Origin: an uncultured Collinsella sp.
GTDB taxonomy: Bacteria; Actinomycetota; Coriobacteriia; Coriobacteriales; Coriobacteriaceae
Direction: 5' to 3'
DNA length: 64,000 nt
Assembly: GCA_958349325.1 (NCBI GenBank)
Contig: CATWCP010000003.1
Span: forward strand, 2,899-66,898
The position numbers were made by a program, and so were the translations under genes. Below, in pieces: positions 53,112-62,867 of the stretch (its first letter is position 1; each line of letters begins with the position of its first letter). The notes beneath the pieces are model-generated. The model ran no database searches and was not told the origin of the DNA. It saw nothing but the letters and a program-made list of their open reading frames with translations.

Positions 53112-55229
53112 TCAGTCGTTATTATCCTCGTGCTCCGTGATCTTTTCCACGCGAACGGCGTTTTCTTGGGTGAGCGCAGCACCCGTCAACGGGTCCCAGC
53201 GCAGCGGCGTGTGGTCGAGCGGGCCCACGCCCAAGCCTTGAGCGCCACCGGCATCGAAGCCAAACGAACGCCCACCGGGGGCGGCCGACGTAAAGATGCA
53301 CGCGGGATGCAGATAGGGCGTCGTCTCCACGCGCACGCGGTCGCGGCCCATGTCGCTTACAAGCTCGACGACCTCGCCATCGGCGATACCCATTCGAGCG
53401 GCGGCATCGGCATTCATCTGCACGGCGTCCAAGTCCGACCCTGCCTCGACGGCGCCGGCCGCCGCAAGTCTGCGCGAGGTGTGCGATTCAAAGGGACGGT
53501 TGCCGCTAATGAGGCGAAACATTCCCGGGCCGGGCTCCACCATGGGCGCGATCCAGTCGGGCACACGACCCAAACCGGCACGCTCCCACACGCTGCTTGC
53601 CAGCGCTATCTTGCCGCCGTCCAGTGGAATCACGGGCTCACCTGTGCGCGGCGGCAGCGGCACGCCCGTATCGGCCCAACCGCGTTCCTTGAGCTCGTCC
53701 AGATCGATCCCAAAGGGCGCCACCTGGGCAGCCGCAAGGTCGTCCGGCGTAAAGTCGAAGTACTCGCCTACGCCGCAGGCCGCAGCCAACCCGGCAAAGA
53801 TCTCCCGACCGGGACGCGTGTCGTTATGCAACACGGGCAGCACGGCGTTGCGGTAGAACACGCGCGCGTCGTTGACGCCCACGACCGTGCCCACGCCGCG
53901 GTCGGCCTCCAGATACGTCACGTCGGGCAGCACGAAGTCAGAAGCACGCGCCGTCTCGGACCAGCGAATATCAATCGTCACGAGCAAGTCGAGCTGCTGC
54001 AAAATACCCAGCCAAGCCTGTGCATTGCCATAGCCCGCACCGGGGTTACTGGCATAGACGATGAGCCCGCGCAAATCGCCGGCAAGAATCGACTGACCGA
54101 TAGTCGTGCACAGGCCGCGCACCGGATCGACCAGCGGATAGCGCTCGGACCCCAGCTTGGGCCCACGCGGCACCGGCGGCGTCGCAAAGCGTGCGGGATC
54201 GAGGTCGCCCAACACAAGCGGCGTGGGCGGGTTGAGGGCACCGCCCGCGTGTCCGATGCAGCCCAGCAGCACGTCGACCAAGCAAATAGCGCGCGCGGTC
54301 TGGGTGCTATTGGCATACGCGATTCCGATGCCGCCATGAAAGCCCGCATCCACCACGGCGGCAGGCGCGGCGGCAGCGAGATCGCGCGCCGTGGCGACAA
54401 TCTCTGCGGCCGGCACGTCGCACATCGACTCGGCCCACTCGGGCGTCCAAGCACTGGCCGCCTGTGCCAGCTCGTCAAAGCCTGTGGCGTAGCGGTCCAC
54501 GAACTCGTGATCGTACAGGTCCTCGGCTACCAGCACATGTGCAATACCCAACAGCAGCGCCAAGTCGCAGCCCGGGCGTACGCGGAGCCAGCGATCGGCA
54601 AGCGCGGCCGAGCCGCTGCGCCGGGGATCAACCACGATGATCTTCGCCCCGCGCCGGCGCGCATCGTTGAGCGCATCAACGGCTCCCATCGTCGACGAAT
54701 CGACGATGGAACGACCCAGGTACATGATGCAGTCGGTATGCGCAAGGTCGGAGGCGGGGCTGTAGCCCAGGCTGTGCTCCCATCCGGTGAGACGACTTAC
54801 CTCGCAGGCGCCATCGGCACCGTACACGTTGGGCGAACCCAGCGCATGCATAAAGCGATACGCCCAGTAGCGGTCGAACGAGGGCACGCCGAGCGTCATG
54901 CCCAGTGCACGGGGCCCGCACTCGTCAACAATCCCCAAAAGACGCTCGGCAATCTGAGCAAACGCCTCGTCCCACGAAATCGCATCGAACCCCGAGCCAT
55001 CAGCTCGCCGACGCATGGGATGCACGATGCGGTCGCGCTCGTCAAACGGCATTGCCAGGCGATGGCGCCCGCGGGCGCACAGGGCACGCGTCGCGCACGG
55101 GTGCCCCGGCACCGGCAACTCGGCCACCACGCGACCGTCCTCAACATGGGCCGCAAAGGCGCAATCGGCATAACATCCCCCGCATGTCGTCACCACGGAG
55201 CGACCGTCATGCATAGCTCTCGATGCCAT
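53112..55229 (-). CDS. DMSO-reductase-family molybdopterin oxidoreductase (Cys ligand; Psr/Phs-like)
   Basis: CGGCYADC...LCARG 4Fe-4S motif; GSPN...GACE; VVDPR; SDFVLP; no Tat signal. Confidence 0.85.
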   Translation of the reverse strand: MASRAMHDGRSVVTTCGGCYADCAFAAHVEDGRVVAELPVPGHPCATRALCARGRHRLAMPFDERDRIVHPMRRRADGSGFDAISWDEAFAQIAERLLGIVDECGPRALGMTLGVPSFDRYWAYRFMHALGSPNVYGADGACEVSRLTGWEHSLGYSPASDLAHTDCIMYLGRSIVDSSTMGAVDALNDARRRGAKIIVVDPRRSGSAALADRWLRVRPGCDLALLLGIAHVLVAEDLYDHEFVDRYATGFDELAQAASAWTPEWAESMCDVPAAEIVATARDLAAAAPAAVVDAGFHGGIGIAYANSTQTARAICLVDVLLGCIGHAGGALNPPTPLVLGDLDPARFATPPVPRGPKLGSERYPLVDPVRGLCTTIGQSILAGDLRGLIVYASNPGAGYGNAQAWLGILQQLDLLVTIDIRWSETARASDFVLPDVTYLEADRGVGTVVGVNDARVFYRNAVLPVLHNDTRPGREIFAGLAAACGVGEYFDFTPDDLAAAQVAPFGIDLDELKERGWADTGVPLPPRTGEPVIPLDGGKIALASSVWERAGLGRVPDWIAPMVEPGPGMFRLISGNRPFESHTSRRLAAAGAVEAGSDLDAVQMNADAAARMGIADGEVVELVSDMGRDRVRVETTPYLHPACIFTSAAPGGRSFGFDAGGAQGLGVGPLDHTPLRWDPLTGAALTQENAVRVEKITEHEDNND

Positions 55230-55390
55230 CTCGATTATTCCTTCCAGCTCAAGGGTTCAAACCCCACCGCACCACAGCTCTGCCAGCAGCTGCCGCGACG
55301 CAAAGCCCGCAGCATCCACCGCAGCAAGACACGAAGAGCCTCCCAAAAGGCAAAACGCCCCTCGGGAGGCCCGTACGTCATTCCGGCTTA

Positions 55391-56230
55391 TTACGCCTGG
55401 GACTTCTTAGCGTAGACAAACCAGTAGCCGAGCGCGATCAGAACCGCACCGCCCACGATGTTGCCCAGCGTGGCGGCGGATAGGTTAAACGCAATACCCG
55501 CGACGTTGAGCGCATCGGCCCCGGCAACCTTGGCACCATAGCCGCACGCGTGCATCACGGCACCCATGGGCAAAAAGTACATGTTGGCAACGCAGTGCTC
55601 AAAACCGCAGGCCACAAAGGCGGAGATGGGCAGCAAAATGCCCACAACCTTATCGACTACGGTCTTGCCCGCAGTACCAATCCACACGGCCAGGCACACA
55701 AAGATATTGCACAGGATGCCACGGAAGAAGATCGTCACCCAGTCGATCGTCACCTTGCCGGCGGCGACGCTCACCATGGAGTTGGCGACCGCCTCGCCGT
55801 TGAGTTTATAGATGCCGGCCATGTACACCAAAAAGACGATGAACAGAGCACCGACAAAATTGCCGACCCACACGACGACCCAGGCCTTAAGCATCTGGAC
55901 CAGAGTGATCTTTTTGCTCTTGAGCGCGCAGACCATAAGCGAATTGCCGGTAAACAGCTCGGCGCCGCACACCAGCACCAGCACCAGGCCCAGGCAAAAG
56001 CACAGGCCGCCCACGACGCGCTGGGCACCCCAGCCCAGCGTGCTATCGCTCAAAAACACCGTAAAGAACAGGCCGCCGAAGGCGATAAACGCGCCGGCGA
56101 ACATTGCCAACAGAAAGGCCTTAGCGACCGGCAGGTTAGCCTTGGTCACACCGGCGGCTTCGGTCTTGGCCTCGATCGCGGCGGGCGCCAGGCAATCGGG
56201 AGCGGGATATACTGCCTTGGAATCTGCCAT
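55391..56230 (-). CDS. Formate/nitrite transporter (FdhC/FocA-like)
   Basis: GAELFTGN, GILCN, GFEHCVANM and TLGNIVGG motifs. Confidence 0.93.
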   Translation of the reverse strand: MADSKAVYPAPDCLAPAAIEAKTEAAGVTKANLPVAKAFLLAMFAGAFIAFGGLFFTVFLSDSTLGWGAQRVVGGLCFCLGLVLVLVCGAELFTGNSLMVCALKSKKITLVQMLKAWVVVWVGNFVGALFIVFLVYMAGIYKLNGEAVANSMVSVAAGKVTIDWVTIFFRGILCNIFVCLAVWIGTAGKTVVDKVVGILLPISAFVACGFEHCVANMYFLPMGAVMHACGYGAKVAGADALNVAGIAFNLSAATLGNIVGGAVLIALGYWFVYAKKSQA

Positions 56231-56269
56231 GTCAATCACTTCTTTCCTAATCAGCAGGGACAAGCGCTC

Positions 56270-56773
56270 CTATTGCTCTTGCCCCAAGCGGACAAAGTGG
56301 GAAAAGTCGTTGGCGGCCACGGCGTCGTACACGGCGTCGACGGCGTCAAAGACCTCCGGGGACATGGGGTTGTAGAACTCCGTGTCGCCCGGCTGAATCC
56401 CAACGAAGACGATATCATCACACGACTGCTCAATCTCTTCGATCAGAATCGACAAGGGAAGCGAATGCGTGGTGAACATCGACTTGCGGGCCACGTCACG
56501 TTTGTCGAGCAAGCGGATGGACCCGACGGGCAGTGCCATGTCGGCGGCATCGACCAAGACCAGGCGAGGCGGACGCTCGCGCTTGACCTCGATGATGTCG
56601 TCCTCAGGCGTTTGGCCACCGTCGATGGTGTACCAACCGGCAATGGGCGCGTCCTCCATCTTTTTGGAGAGCACGGGGCCGGCGGCATCGTCGGCACGCA
56701 GCACGCTTCCCGCCGTGAGCACGATACCCGCAAACGGGGCGCCGTTCACACGACCATCCACAACGCGACCCAT
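56270..56773 (-). CDS. hycI: Hydrogenase maturation endopeptidase
   Basis: GSVLRADDAAG, GGQTPE, VDAADM and TTHSLPL motifs. Confidence 0.88.
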   Translation of the reverse strand: MGRVVDGRVNGAPFAGIVLTAGSVLRADDAAGPVLSKKMEDAPIAGWYTIDGGQTPEDDIIEVKRERPPRLVLVDAADMALPVGSIRLLDKRDVARKSMFTTHSLPLSILIEEIEQSCDDIVFVGIQPGDTEFYNPMSPEVFDAVDAVYDAVAANDFSHFVRLGQEQ

Positions 56774-57354
56774 TACTGCAACCTTCCCGTCAGATACACA
56801 CCCGACACATCGCGCACGCGCTCCACCAGATCGCGGAATTTCATCAAAAACGCGACCTGCTGGGCATGCAGGCCAAAGTCGTCGTCGAACACCGAGATGC
56901 CGGCCTTGGCCGACCCGCGAAAACCGCGCTCGTCGAGCAGCGCATCGCAGGCCTCGAGCAGCGACGGCACCGCCGCCTTGTCGAGCTGGCACTCGCCAAA
57001 GGAGCGGATGGCCTCGAACTTGGTTTTGGCCTCCCCCTCCGGCAGCGCGTCGACGAGCGAATAAAACACATCCACCGGCACCGACAGGCGCGGCTCAAAG
57101 CAGTCGAGCACGCCGGTGTGGTGGCCCACGGCGAGCGTGTAGTACAGCACGTCGCAGGCCTCCTGGGGAACGTCTTCCTCGGTCTCCACAAACTTACGCG
57201 TGAGCTCGTAGAAGACCACCTGGTCGGGCGCATGGCCCAGGCAGGGGTCGGCGACGCCCTCGGCGGCCTCGTCGCTTGCGCGCGAGGCATCGCCAAAAGA
57301 GCCGCCGAGCATGCCGGGGCCCGCAAAGTAACCAGAGCGGTCCGTGAGCTCCAT
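56773..57354 (-). CDS. Formate hydrogenlyase maturation protein (HycH/HyfJ family)
   Basis: VVFYELTRKFV...YYTLAVGHHTGVLDC motif. Confidence 0.88.
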   Translation of the reverse strand: MELTDRSGYFAGPGMLGGSFGDASRASDEAAEGVADPCLGHAPDQVVFYELTRKFVETEEDVPQEACDVLYYTLAVGHHTGVLDCFEPRLSVPVDVFYSLVDALPEGEAKTKFEAIRSFGECQLDKAAVPSLLEACDALLDERGFRGSAKAGISVFDDDFGLHAQQVAFLMKFRDLVERVRDVSGVYLTGRLQ

Positions 57355-58137
57355 CTAGCGACCTCCGGCCAGCACCAGATCCTGCAGCGCCGAGTAGACC
57401 TCAACACGACGAGGATCATCTTGCTTGTCGATGAGGAGCGCCATGGCACCGCGGATATCGCCCTTGGGCGCGCCCTCGAGCGTATCCATAAACTCGTTGG
57501 CCAGGTCGCGGCCGTAACGGTAGCCGCTCATGGCGCGAGCCTCGCGCTCGATGGCAACGCGCAGCTTGTACGGCACGCCGGGATGCAGGATATCGGCCTG
57601 CTCGCCGGCAGCCTCCACCGTGGTCTCGGCATGGAGCTTTTGGTCCAGCAGACCAAGTGCCATGGCAAAGCCGTAGACGGTCTGCGCGGGGCTGGGCGGG
57701 CAGCCGGGGATGTAGACATCGACCGGCAGAATCTTATCCGTGCCGCCCCAGACGCAGTAGTTGTCGTAGAAGATGCCGCCGGTGCAGCCGCACGCGCCAT
57801 AGGACACCACGATCTTGGGATCGGGTGCGGCCTCAAACGCGCGCAGGGCCGGCATGCGCATGGCACGCGTCACGGCGCCGGTGTACAGCAGCACATCGGC
57901 GTGACGGGGCGAAGGCACGACCTTGATGCCAAAGCGCTCGACGTCGAAGACGGGCGTGATGGAACCGAAGATCTCGATCTCGCAGCCGTTGCAGCCGCCG
58001 CAGTCGACACGGTAGACGTACACCGAGCGCTTGATCTTCTTAAGAAGGGTCGCCTTGGCCTTCTCGATGCTCTCGTCGAGCTCGATCTTGGTCGGGCGGT
58101 ACTGAAGCCGCTCGGGCAAAAGCGTGGGTTCGGCCAT
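57355..58137 (-). CDS. hyfI: Group 4 hydrogenase small subunit (HyfI/HycG)
   Basis: DCGGCNGCEIE, SPRHAD, GACG and IPGCPP motifs. Confidence 0.92.
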   Translation of the reverse strand: MAEPTLLPERLQYRPTKIELDESIEKAKATLLKKIKRSVYVYRVDCGGCNGCEIEIFGSITPVFDVERFGIKVVPSPRHADVLLYTGAVTRAMRMPALRAFEAAPDPKIVVSYGACGCTGGIFYDNYCVWGGTDKILPVDVYIPGCPPSPAQTVYGFAMALGLLDQKLHAETTVEAAGEQADILHPGVPYKLRVAIEREARAMSGYRYGRDLANEFMDTLEGAPKGDIRGAMALLIDKQDDPRRVEVYSALQDLVLAGGR

Positions 58138-58139
58138 GG

Positions 58140-58856
58140 TTACTCCTCCTTCGTTTCAAAATCCATGATGATGCCCTCGACCGGCGCCGGACCGGCGGGA
58201 ATCTCGGGCGCATCGGGGTTGAGCTCGCGGTCGATATACTCCGGGTTCACACCGTGGCCGCCCAGATACTCCATGCCGGGGCCCTGGGGCTCACCGGACG
58301 CAAGCGTCTCGTTGGCAGCCATGCCGTGCGCGTTGCCGGTCTTTACGGCCGAGGCGGCGCGCAGGGCGTCGAGCTCGCGCTTGCACTCCTGGCACATACC
58401 GACGGTACGGGCGGCCTGCTCGGCCTCCATGCCGCCGGCCTTTTGCAGCAGGCGCTTGGCGTAGTCGATTTCCTTGTGCGGGGCAAACGGCTTGCCGCAA
58501 CGCGAGCAATGCTCGAGCGTGTAGACGCTCTTGCTGGTGAGGTCATCCTTGCTCATGACGGCCAGTCCAAACTCCTCGGTGAGCTTGATAGCCTCCATGG
58601 GACAGGCCTCCTCGCAGCGGCCGCAGAAGATGCAGCGACCGTAGTCGATCGACCAGGTGATGGTATCGGCCGCAAGGTCGGTGTCCATGCGAATGGCATC
58701 GGCCGGGCACGCCACGCCGCAGGCTCCGCAGGCGATGCAGAGCTCGGCATTGTGCTCGGGCTTGCCGCGCATGTCCTTGTTGGTGGGGAACGGCGCAAAC
58801 GGGTACTTGACCGTCGCGTCGCCGGCCTTGGCGTTAACCTTCCAAAGCTTCAGCAT
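58140..58856 (-). CDS. hyfH: Formate hydrogenlyase 2x[4Fe-4S] subunit (HyfH/HycF)
   Basis: CIACGACGVACP and CIFCGRCEEACP motifs. Confidence 0.92.
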   Translation of the reverse strand: MLKLWKVNAKAGDATVKYPFAPFPTNKDMRGKPEHNAELCIACGACGVACPADAIRMDTDLAADTITWSIDYGRCIFCGRCEEACPMEAIKLTEEFGLAVMSKDDLTSKSVYTLEHCSRCGKPFAPHKEIDYAKRLLQKAGGMEAEQAARTVGMCQECKRELDALRAASAVKTGNAHGMAANETLASGEPQGPGMEYLGGHGVNPEYIDRELNPDAPEIPAGPAPVEGIIMDFETKEE

Positions 58857-58857
58857 A

Positions 58858-60630
58858 TTAGAGCGCCTCCTCATCGAGCGGAGCGGCCATGGTGCCCTCG
58901 CCCGCAAGTGGCGACTTGTCGCGCCAGACGTTCTCGAACTGCTCCTTGTCGAGCACGTGGTCGCGCTTGGCGGCGACATCGGTCACCGTCACGCGGTCGG
59001 TGCAGGAGTAGCACGGGTCGAGCGAGCCGACGATCAGCGCCGCATCGCCCACGGTGTTGCCGCGGAACATGTAGCGCAGGACCGGCCAGTTGCTGTACGT
59101 AGCGGCCTTGGCGCGCCAGCGGTAGCACTTCTGGTTGTTGCCGAGCATCGCCCAGTGCACATCCTCGCCGCGCGGCGCCTCGGTGGCACCGATGGCGTAC
59201 TTGTGCGGGGTGTACTCCCAATCCGTGGTGAGGATGGGGCCCGACGGGCAGTTCTCGAGCATGGTCTCGATCATGTCGATCGAATCGTAGACCTCCTGGA
59301 TGCGGACGGCGGTGCGGCCGAAGGCATCGCAGGTGTCAGCCGTAGCGGCGTGCATCTTTTGGACGTCCGGATCGGCGTAGCCGTCGAAGGGATGGTCAAA
59401 GCGCACGTCGCGGGCATAGCCCGAGCCACGCATGAGCGGGCCGACCGGCGAGAAGTCGCGTGCGATCTTGCGGTCCAGAATGCCGATACCGCTCGTACGC
59501 TCAATAAAGTTGGGCGTGGAGAGCAGCATGTCGACGAGTTCCTGAACCTCGGAGCGCAGCTGGTGGATGGTCGTAAGCGTGGAGAGCTTCTGCTCGGCCA
59601 AAATGTCGCGACGCACGCCGCCGATCACGTTGAGGCCGTAGGTCTTGCGGTGACCGGAAAGCTTCTCGGCCAGGTCCATGGACTTCTCGCGGACGCGGAA
59701 GAACTGCTGGAAGCCGGAGTCGAAGCCCGTGTAGTGCGATGCCAGGCCAATGTTGAGCAGATGCGAGTGCAGGCGCTCAACCTCGAGCATGATGGCGCGG
59801 ATGTACTGGGCGCGCGGCGGGACATGAATGCCCTGGGCGCGCTCGACGGCCTCGGCATAGGCCACCGAGTGGGCGCAGCCGCAGATGCCGCAGATGCGGT
59901 CGGCGAGGAACGTCACGGCGTCATAGTTCAGGCGCGTCTCGGCGACCTTCTCCATGCCGCGGTGCACGTAGAACAGACGGTAGTCGGCGTCGACGATCGT
60001 CTCGCCCTCGACGAACAGGCGGAAGTGGCCGGGCTCGTCGGAGGTAATGTGCAGCGGGCCCATGGGGACAAGTGTGGTCTCTTTGCCCTTGGTGTCAGCC
60101 AAGAACTCGTAGTTTTCCATGTCGCTCGCGGGAGCGGGACGGAAGCGGTAGTCCATGGAGTCCTTGCGCAGCGGGTACAGACCACTGGGCCAATCGTCGG
60201 GCAGCACCAGGCGACGACGATCGGGCAGACCCTCGGGAATCAGGCCGAACATATCGCGCAGCTCGCGCTCGCCCCACACGCAGGCGGGGACGAACGGCGT
60301 CACGGACGGGAACGTCATCTTGGCGGGGTCGACCTCGGCACGCACGGTAACCCAGCCGGGGTCCTCCCCCTCCATGGAGATGACGTAGTACACGGCGTAA
60401 CGGCCGCACAGGGAGCGCTCGTCGTTGCCGACAATCACGGGAATCCAGCCGTAGCGCTCGTAGTACAGGTAGTGGACGGCCTCGGGCAGACGGTCCAGCT
60501 TGACGGTGATCGTCAGCTGGTCCTCGCACTGCCACTCAACCTTCTCGATAGCGCCCGGCACTGCGGCGCGCAGGGCCTCGACGTGGCTTTCGCAACGACG
60601 AGCGTAGTCCTTCTTTTCAGGTTCTGCCAT
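58858..60630 (-). CDS. hyfG: Group 4 [NiFe] hydrogenase large subunit (HyfG/HycE)
   Basis: RICGIC and DPCYSCTDR nickel motifs; NuoC-like N-terminus; cleavable C-terminal tail. Confidence 0.95.
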   Translation of the reverse strand: MAEPEKKDYARRCESHVEALRAAVPGAIEKVEWQCEDQLTITVKLDRLPEAVHYLYYERYGWIPVIVGNDERSLCGRYAVYYVISMEGEDPGWVTVRAEVDPAKMTFPSVTPFVPACVWGERELRDMFGLIPEGLPDRRRLVLPDDWPSGLYPLRKDSMDYRFRPAPASDMENYEFLADTKGKETTLVPMGPLHITSDEPGHFRLFVEGETIVDADYRLFYVHRGMEKVAETRLNYDAVTFLADRICGICGCAHSVAYAEAVERAQGIHVPPRAQYIRAIMLEVERLHSHLLNIGLASHYTGFDSGFQQFFRVREKSMDLAEKLSGHRKTYGLNVIGGVRRDILAEQKLSTLTTIHQLRSEVQELVDMLLSTPNFIERTSGIGILDRKIARDFSPVGPLMRGSGYARDVRFDHPFDGYADPDVQKMHAATADTCDAFGRTAVRIQEVYDSIDMIETMLENCPSGPILTTDWEYTPHKYAIGATEAPRGEDVHWAMLGNNQKCYRWRAKAATYSNWPVLRYMFRGNTVGDAALIVGSLDPCYSCTDRVTVTDVAAKRDHVLDKEQFENVWRDKSPLAGEGTMAAPLDEEAL

Positions 60631-60634
60631 GGTG

Positions 60635-62200
60635 CTAATTCACCTCGCTTGTCTTGGTCTGGGAACTGAACACCATGCGGTAGAGAGGAGCCTCGTGGAG
60701 CTCTTCGACGCTCTGGTTCAAAACGACGGACGTTGCATCCTCGACGCCGCTCGTGATGGCGACCGGGGTGGCGATACCGAACCACATGACCACGATCGCG
60801 AGGGCGATCTCGGGGATGATCATGAGGGCGGGCACCTCGTGGCGCTTCATGCCCTCGGGCGCCTTGCCGAAGATGGACTTGAGCGCGATGCCGGTAAGGG
60901 CAAAGTACACGCCGGTGAGGCCAATGGCCACGAGCACGACCACCCAGATGGGACCGGACTGGACGCCGGCCACGAAGGTGAGGAACTCGGAGATGAACAG
61001 GGCGAACGGCGGGAAGGCGGCGAGCGCGAGCAGGGCGATGATGGTGAGCGCTGCCGTGACGGGAGCGATCTCGACGACGCCCTTGATCTTGTTCAGGTCG
61101 CGGGTGTGGTAGATGTGCTGGATGTTACCGGCCATGCAGAAGGCGAGCGCCTTCGTGAAACCGTGGAAGATGCAGTGCAGCAGGCAGGCGGCGATACCGA
61201 GCGGACCACCGATACCCAGGCACAGCGCGACCACGCCGACGTTGTCGACGGAGGAGTACGCGAAGCGGCGCTTGATATCGTCCTGCTTAAAGATGCACAG
61301 GGCGGCCACCAGGATGGACAGCGTGCCCAGGATGAGCAGGAGCGTACGCGGATAGGTGTCGCCCACCGTGATGATGGACAGGGAGTAGAAGCGGATGATC
61401 ACCAGCATGGCGCACTTGAGCAGCACGCCCGAGAGCAGCGCGGAGACCGGGCTCGGAGCCTGGGAGTGCGCGTCGGGCAGCCAAGTGTGCATGGGGAACA
61501 GGCCCGCCTTGGTGCCGAAGCCGATGACGATGAACGCGAACGCGAGGCGCACGAGCATCGGGTCGAACTGGTCGGCGTAGGGCATGATGGAGGTGAGGAA
61601 GGCTGCCTCATGCGCGTTGGGCATGATATCGGCGGCGTTCGCGTAGATGAGCAGCGTGCCGAACAGGCCGAAGGCCACGCCGGCGGTGCAGACCATCGCG
61701 TACTTCCAAGACGCCTCGAGCGCCTGCTTGTTCTTGTAGATGCCCACGAGGAACACGGTCGACAGCGTGGTGGCCTCGACCGCCGCCCAGGTGAGGATGA
61801 TGTTGTTGGACAGGCAGGCGAGCAGCATCGTGAAAACGAACAGGCTAAACAGCGCGTAGTACTGCTTGGTGCGCTCGGCCGGCATGGTCTTCTCCTCGAT
61901 ATCGATCTTGATATAGGAGATGGAGTACACGCCGGTGATGAACCCGATGATGCCTACCAGAAGGACGAAGATCGACGAGAGCGAATCGAGATGGAGCCAC
62001 AGGCCCAAAGCGTCGATATTCTGCCCGCTCGAGAGCATGGTTCCCGCGGTGACGACCGAAAGGACAAGGGTCGCCGCGACGGAGATGGTGTTGAGCCCCG
62101 CGAAGACGTTGTAGGACGTCGTCTTGGGGAGCGCAGCCATAATCAGGGAGAACACGAGAGGACAAGCGAGCAGGGCGACCGTCAGCATTGAAACATCCAT
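60635..62200 (-). CDS. hyfF: Hydrogenase-4 membrane subunit F
   Basis: EATTLST, GFGTKAGLFPMHTWLPDAHSQAPSP motifs. Confidence 0.92.
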   Translation of the reverse strand: MDVSMLTVALLACPLVFSLIMAALPKTTSYNVFAGLNTISVAATLVLSVVTAGTMLSSGQNIDALGLWLHLDSLSSIFVLLVGIIGFITGVYSISYIKIDIEEKTMPAERTKQYYALFSLFVFTMLLACLSNNIILTWAAVEATTLSTVFLVGIYKNKQALEASWKYAMVCTAGVAFGLFGTLLIYANAADIMPNAHEAAFLTSIMPYADQFDPMLVRLAFAFIVIGFGTKAGLFPMHTWLPDAHSQAPSPVSALLSGVLLKCAMLVIIRFYSLSIITVGDTYPRTLLLILGTLSILVAALCIFKQDDIKRRFAYSSVDNVGVVALCLGIGGPLGIAACLLHCIFHGFTKALAFCMAGNIQHIYHTRDLNKIKGVVEIAPVTAALTIIALLALAAFPPFALFISEFLTFVAGVQSGPIWVVVLVAIGLTGVYFALTGIALKSIFGKAPEGMKRHEVPALMIIPEIALAIVVMWFGIATPVAITSGVEDATSVVLNQSVEELHEAPLYRMVFSSQTKTSEVN

Positions 62201-62203
62201 GGC

Positions 62204-62857
62204 CTACCCCTTCAATTCGGTCAGGTCGTGGGAGTCGAGCGACTTGGTGTCGTTCCAAATCCTCACGACGACGGCGGACATGATGATGACGGCGAAGATG
62301 GCGTCGGTGGCGATGCCGATCTCGATGATCTCGGGGGCCGTGGGCGCGAGCAGAGCGAGCGTCACGTGGCTACCGTTCTCCATAAGGCAGTACCCGAAGA
62401 TCTGCTTGAGGATGTTGCGCTGGGAGATGATGCACGTGAGGCCGACGAAGAAGTGCGCGAAGCTGATGGCGAGGGCCGGAGTGGCCACCTCGGCGGTGGG
62501 CAGGCTCAGGCGCGTGACCACCGCGAAGCAGACGGCCACCTCCAGACCGGTGAGGATGATGGTCCAGGCCGGCTTGATGGAGGAGGTCAGCGTGCTATCG
62601 GCAGGCGAACCCATCTTCTTGTAGGCACGGTTGAGAATGAACGGAACGAGGATCACCTTGGTGACGAAGGCCGACGCGGCCCACATGAGAAGCTCGGTGG
62701 CACCGGTGGTGAGGCCCAGGGTGAGCAGCACGCCAACCAGGACAACCGACTGGATCGCGTACCACTTGATGGCGGACGGGATGGTCTTCGAGACGACCAC
62801 CATGGTGGAGGTCACGATCAGAAGACCGCCCAGGATATTGACTAACGAATAACCCAT
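62204..62857 (-). CDS. hyfE: Hydrogenase-4 membrane subunit E
   Basis: KQIFGYCLMENGSH motif; multi-TM. Confidence 0.9.
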   Translation of the reverse strand: MGYSLVNILGGLLIVTSTMVVVSKTIPSAIKWYAIQSVVLVGVLLTLGLTTGATELLMWAASAFVTKVILVPFILNRAYKKMGSPADSTLTSSIKPAWTIILTGLEVAVCFAVVTRLSLPTAEVATPALAISFAHFFVGLTCIISQRNILKQIFGYCLMENGSHVTLALLAPTAPEIIEIGIATDAIFAVIIMSAVVVRIWNDTKSLDSHDLTELKG

Positions 62858-62867
62858 GTCCTACCTC

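Noticed and set aside
53112..55229. Selenocysteine formate dehydrogenase FdhF
   Set aside because: No in-frame TGA and no C/U-H active-site motif.
51975..55415. Very long plus-strand ORFs (also 22480-24735, 35463-38534, 42950-45535, 49678-51855, 58657-60669, and minus-strand 29209-31374)
   Set aside because: Antisense shadows of well-supported high-GC genes with no recognisable motifs.
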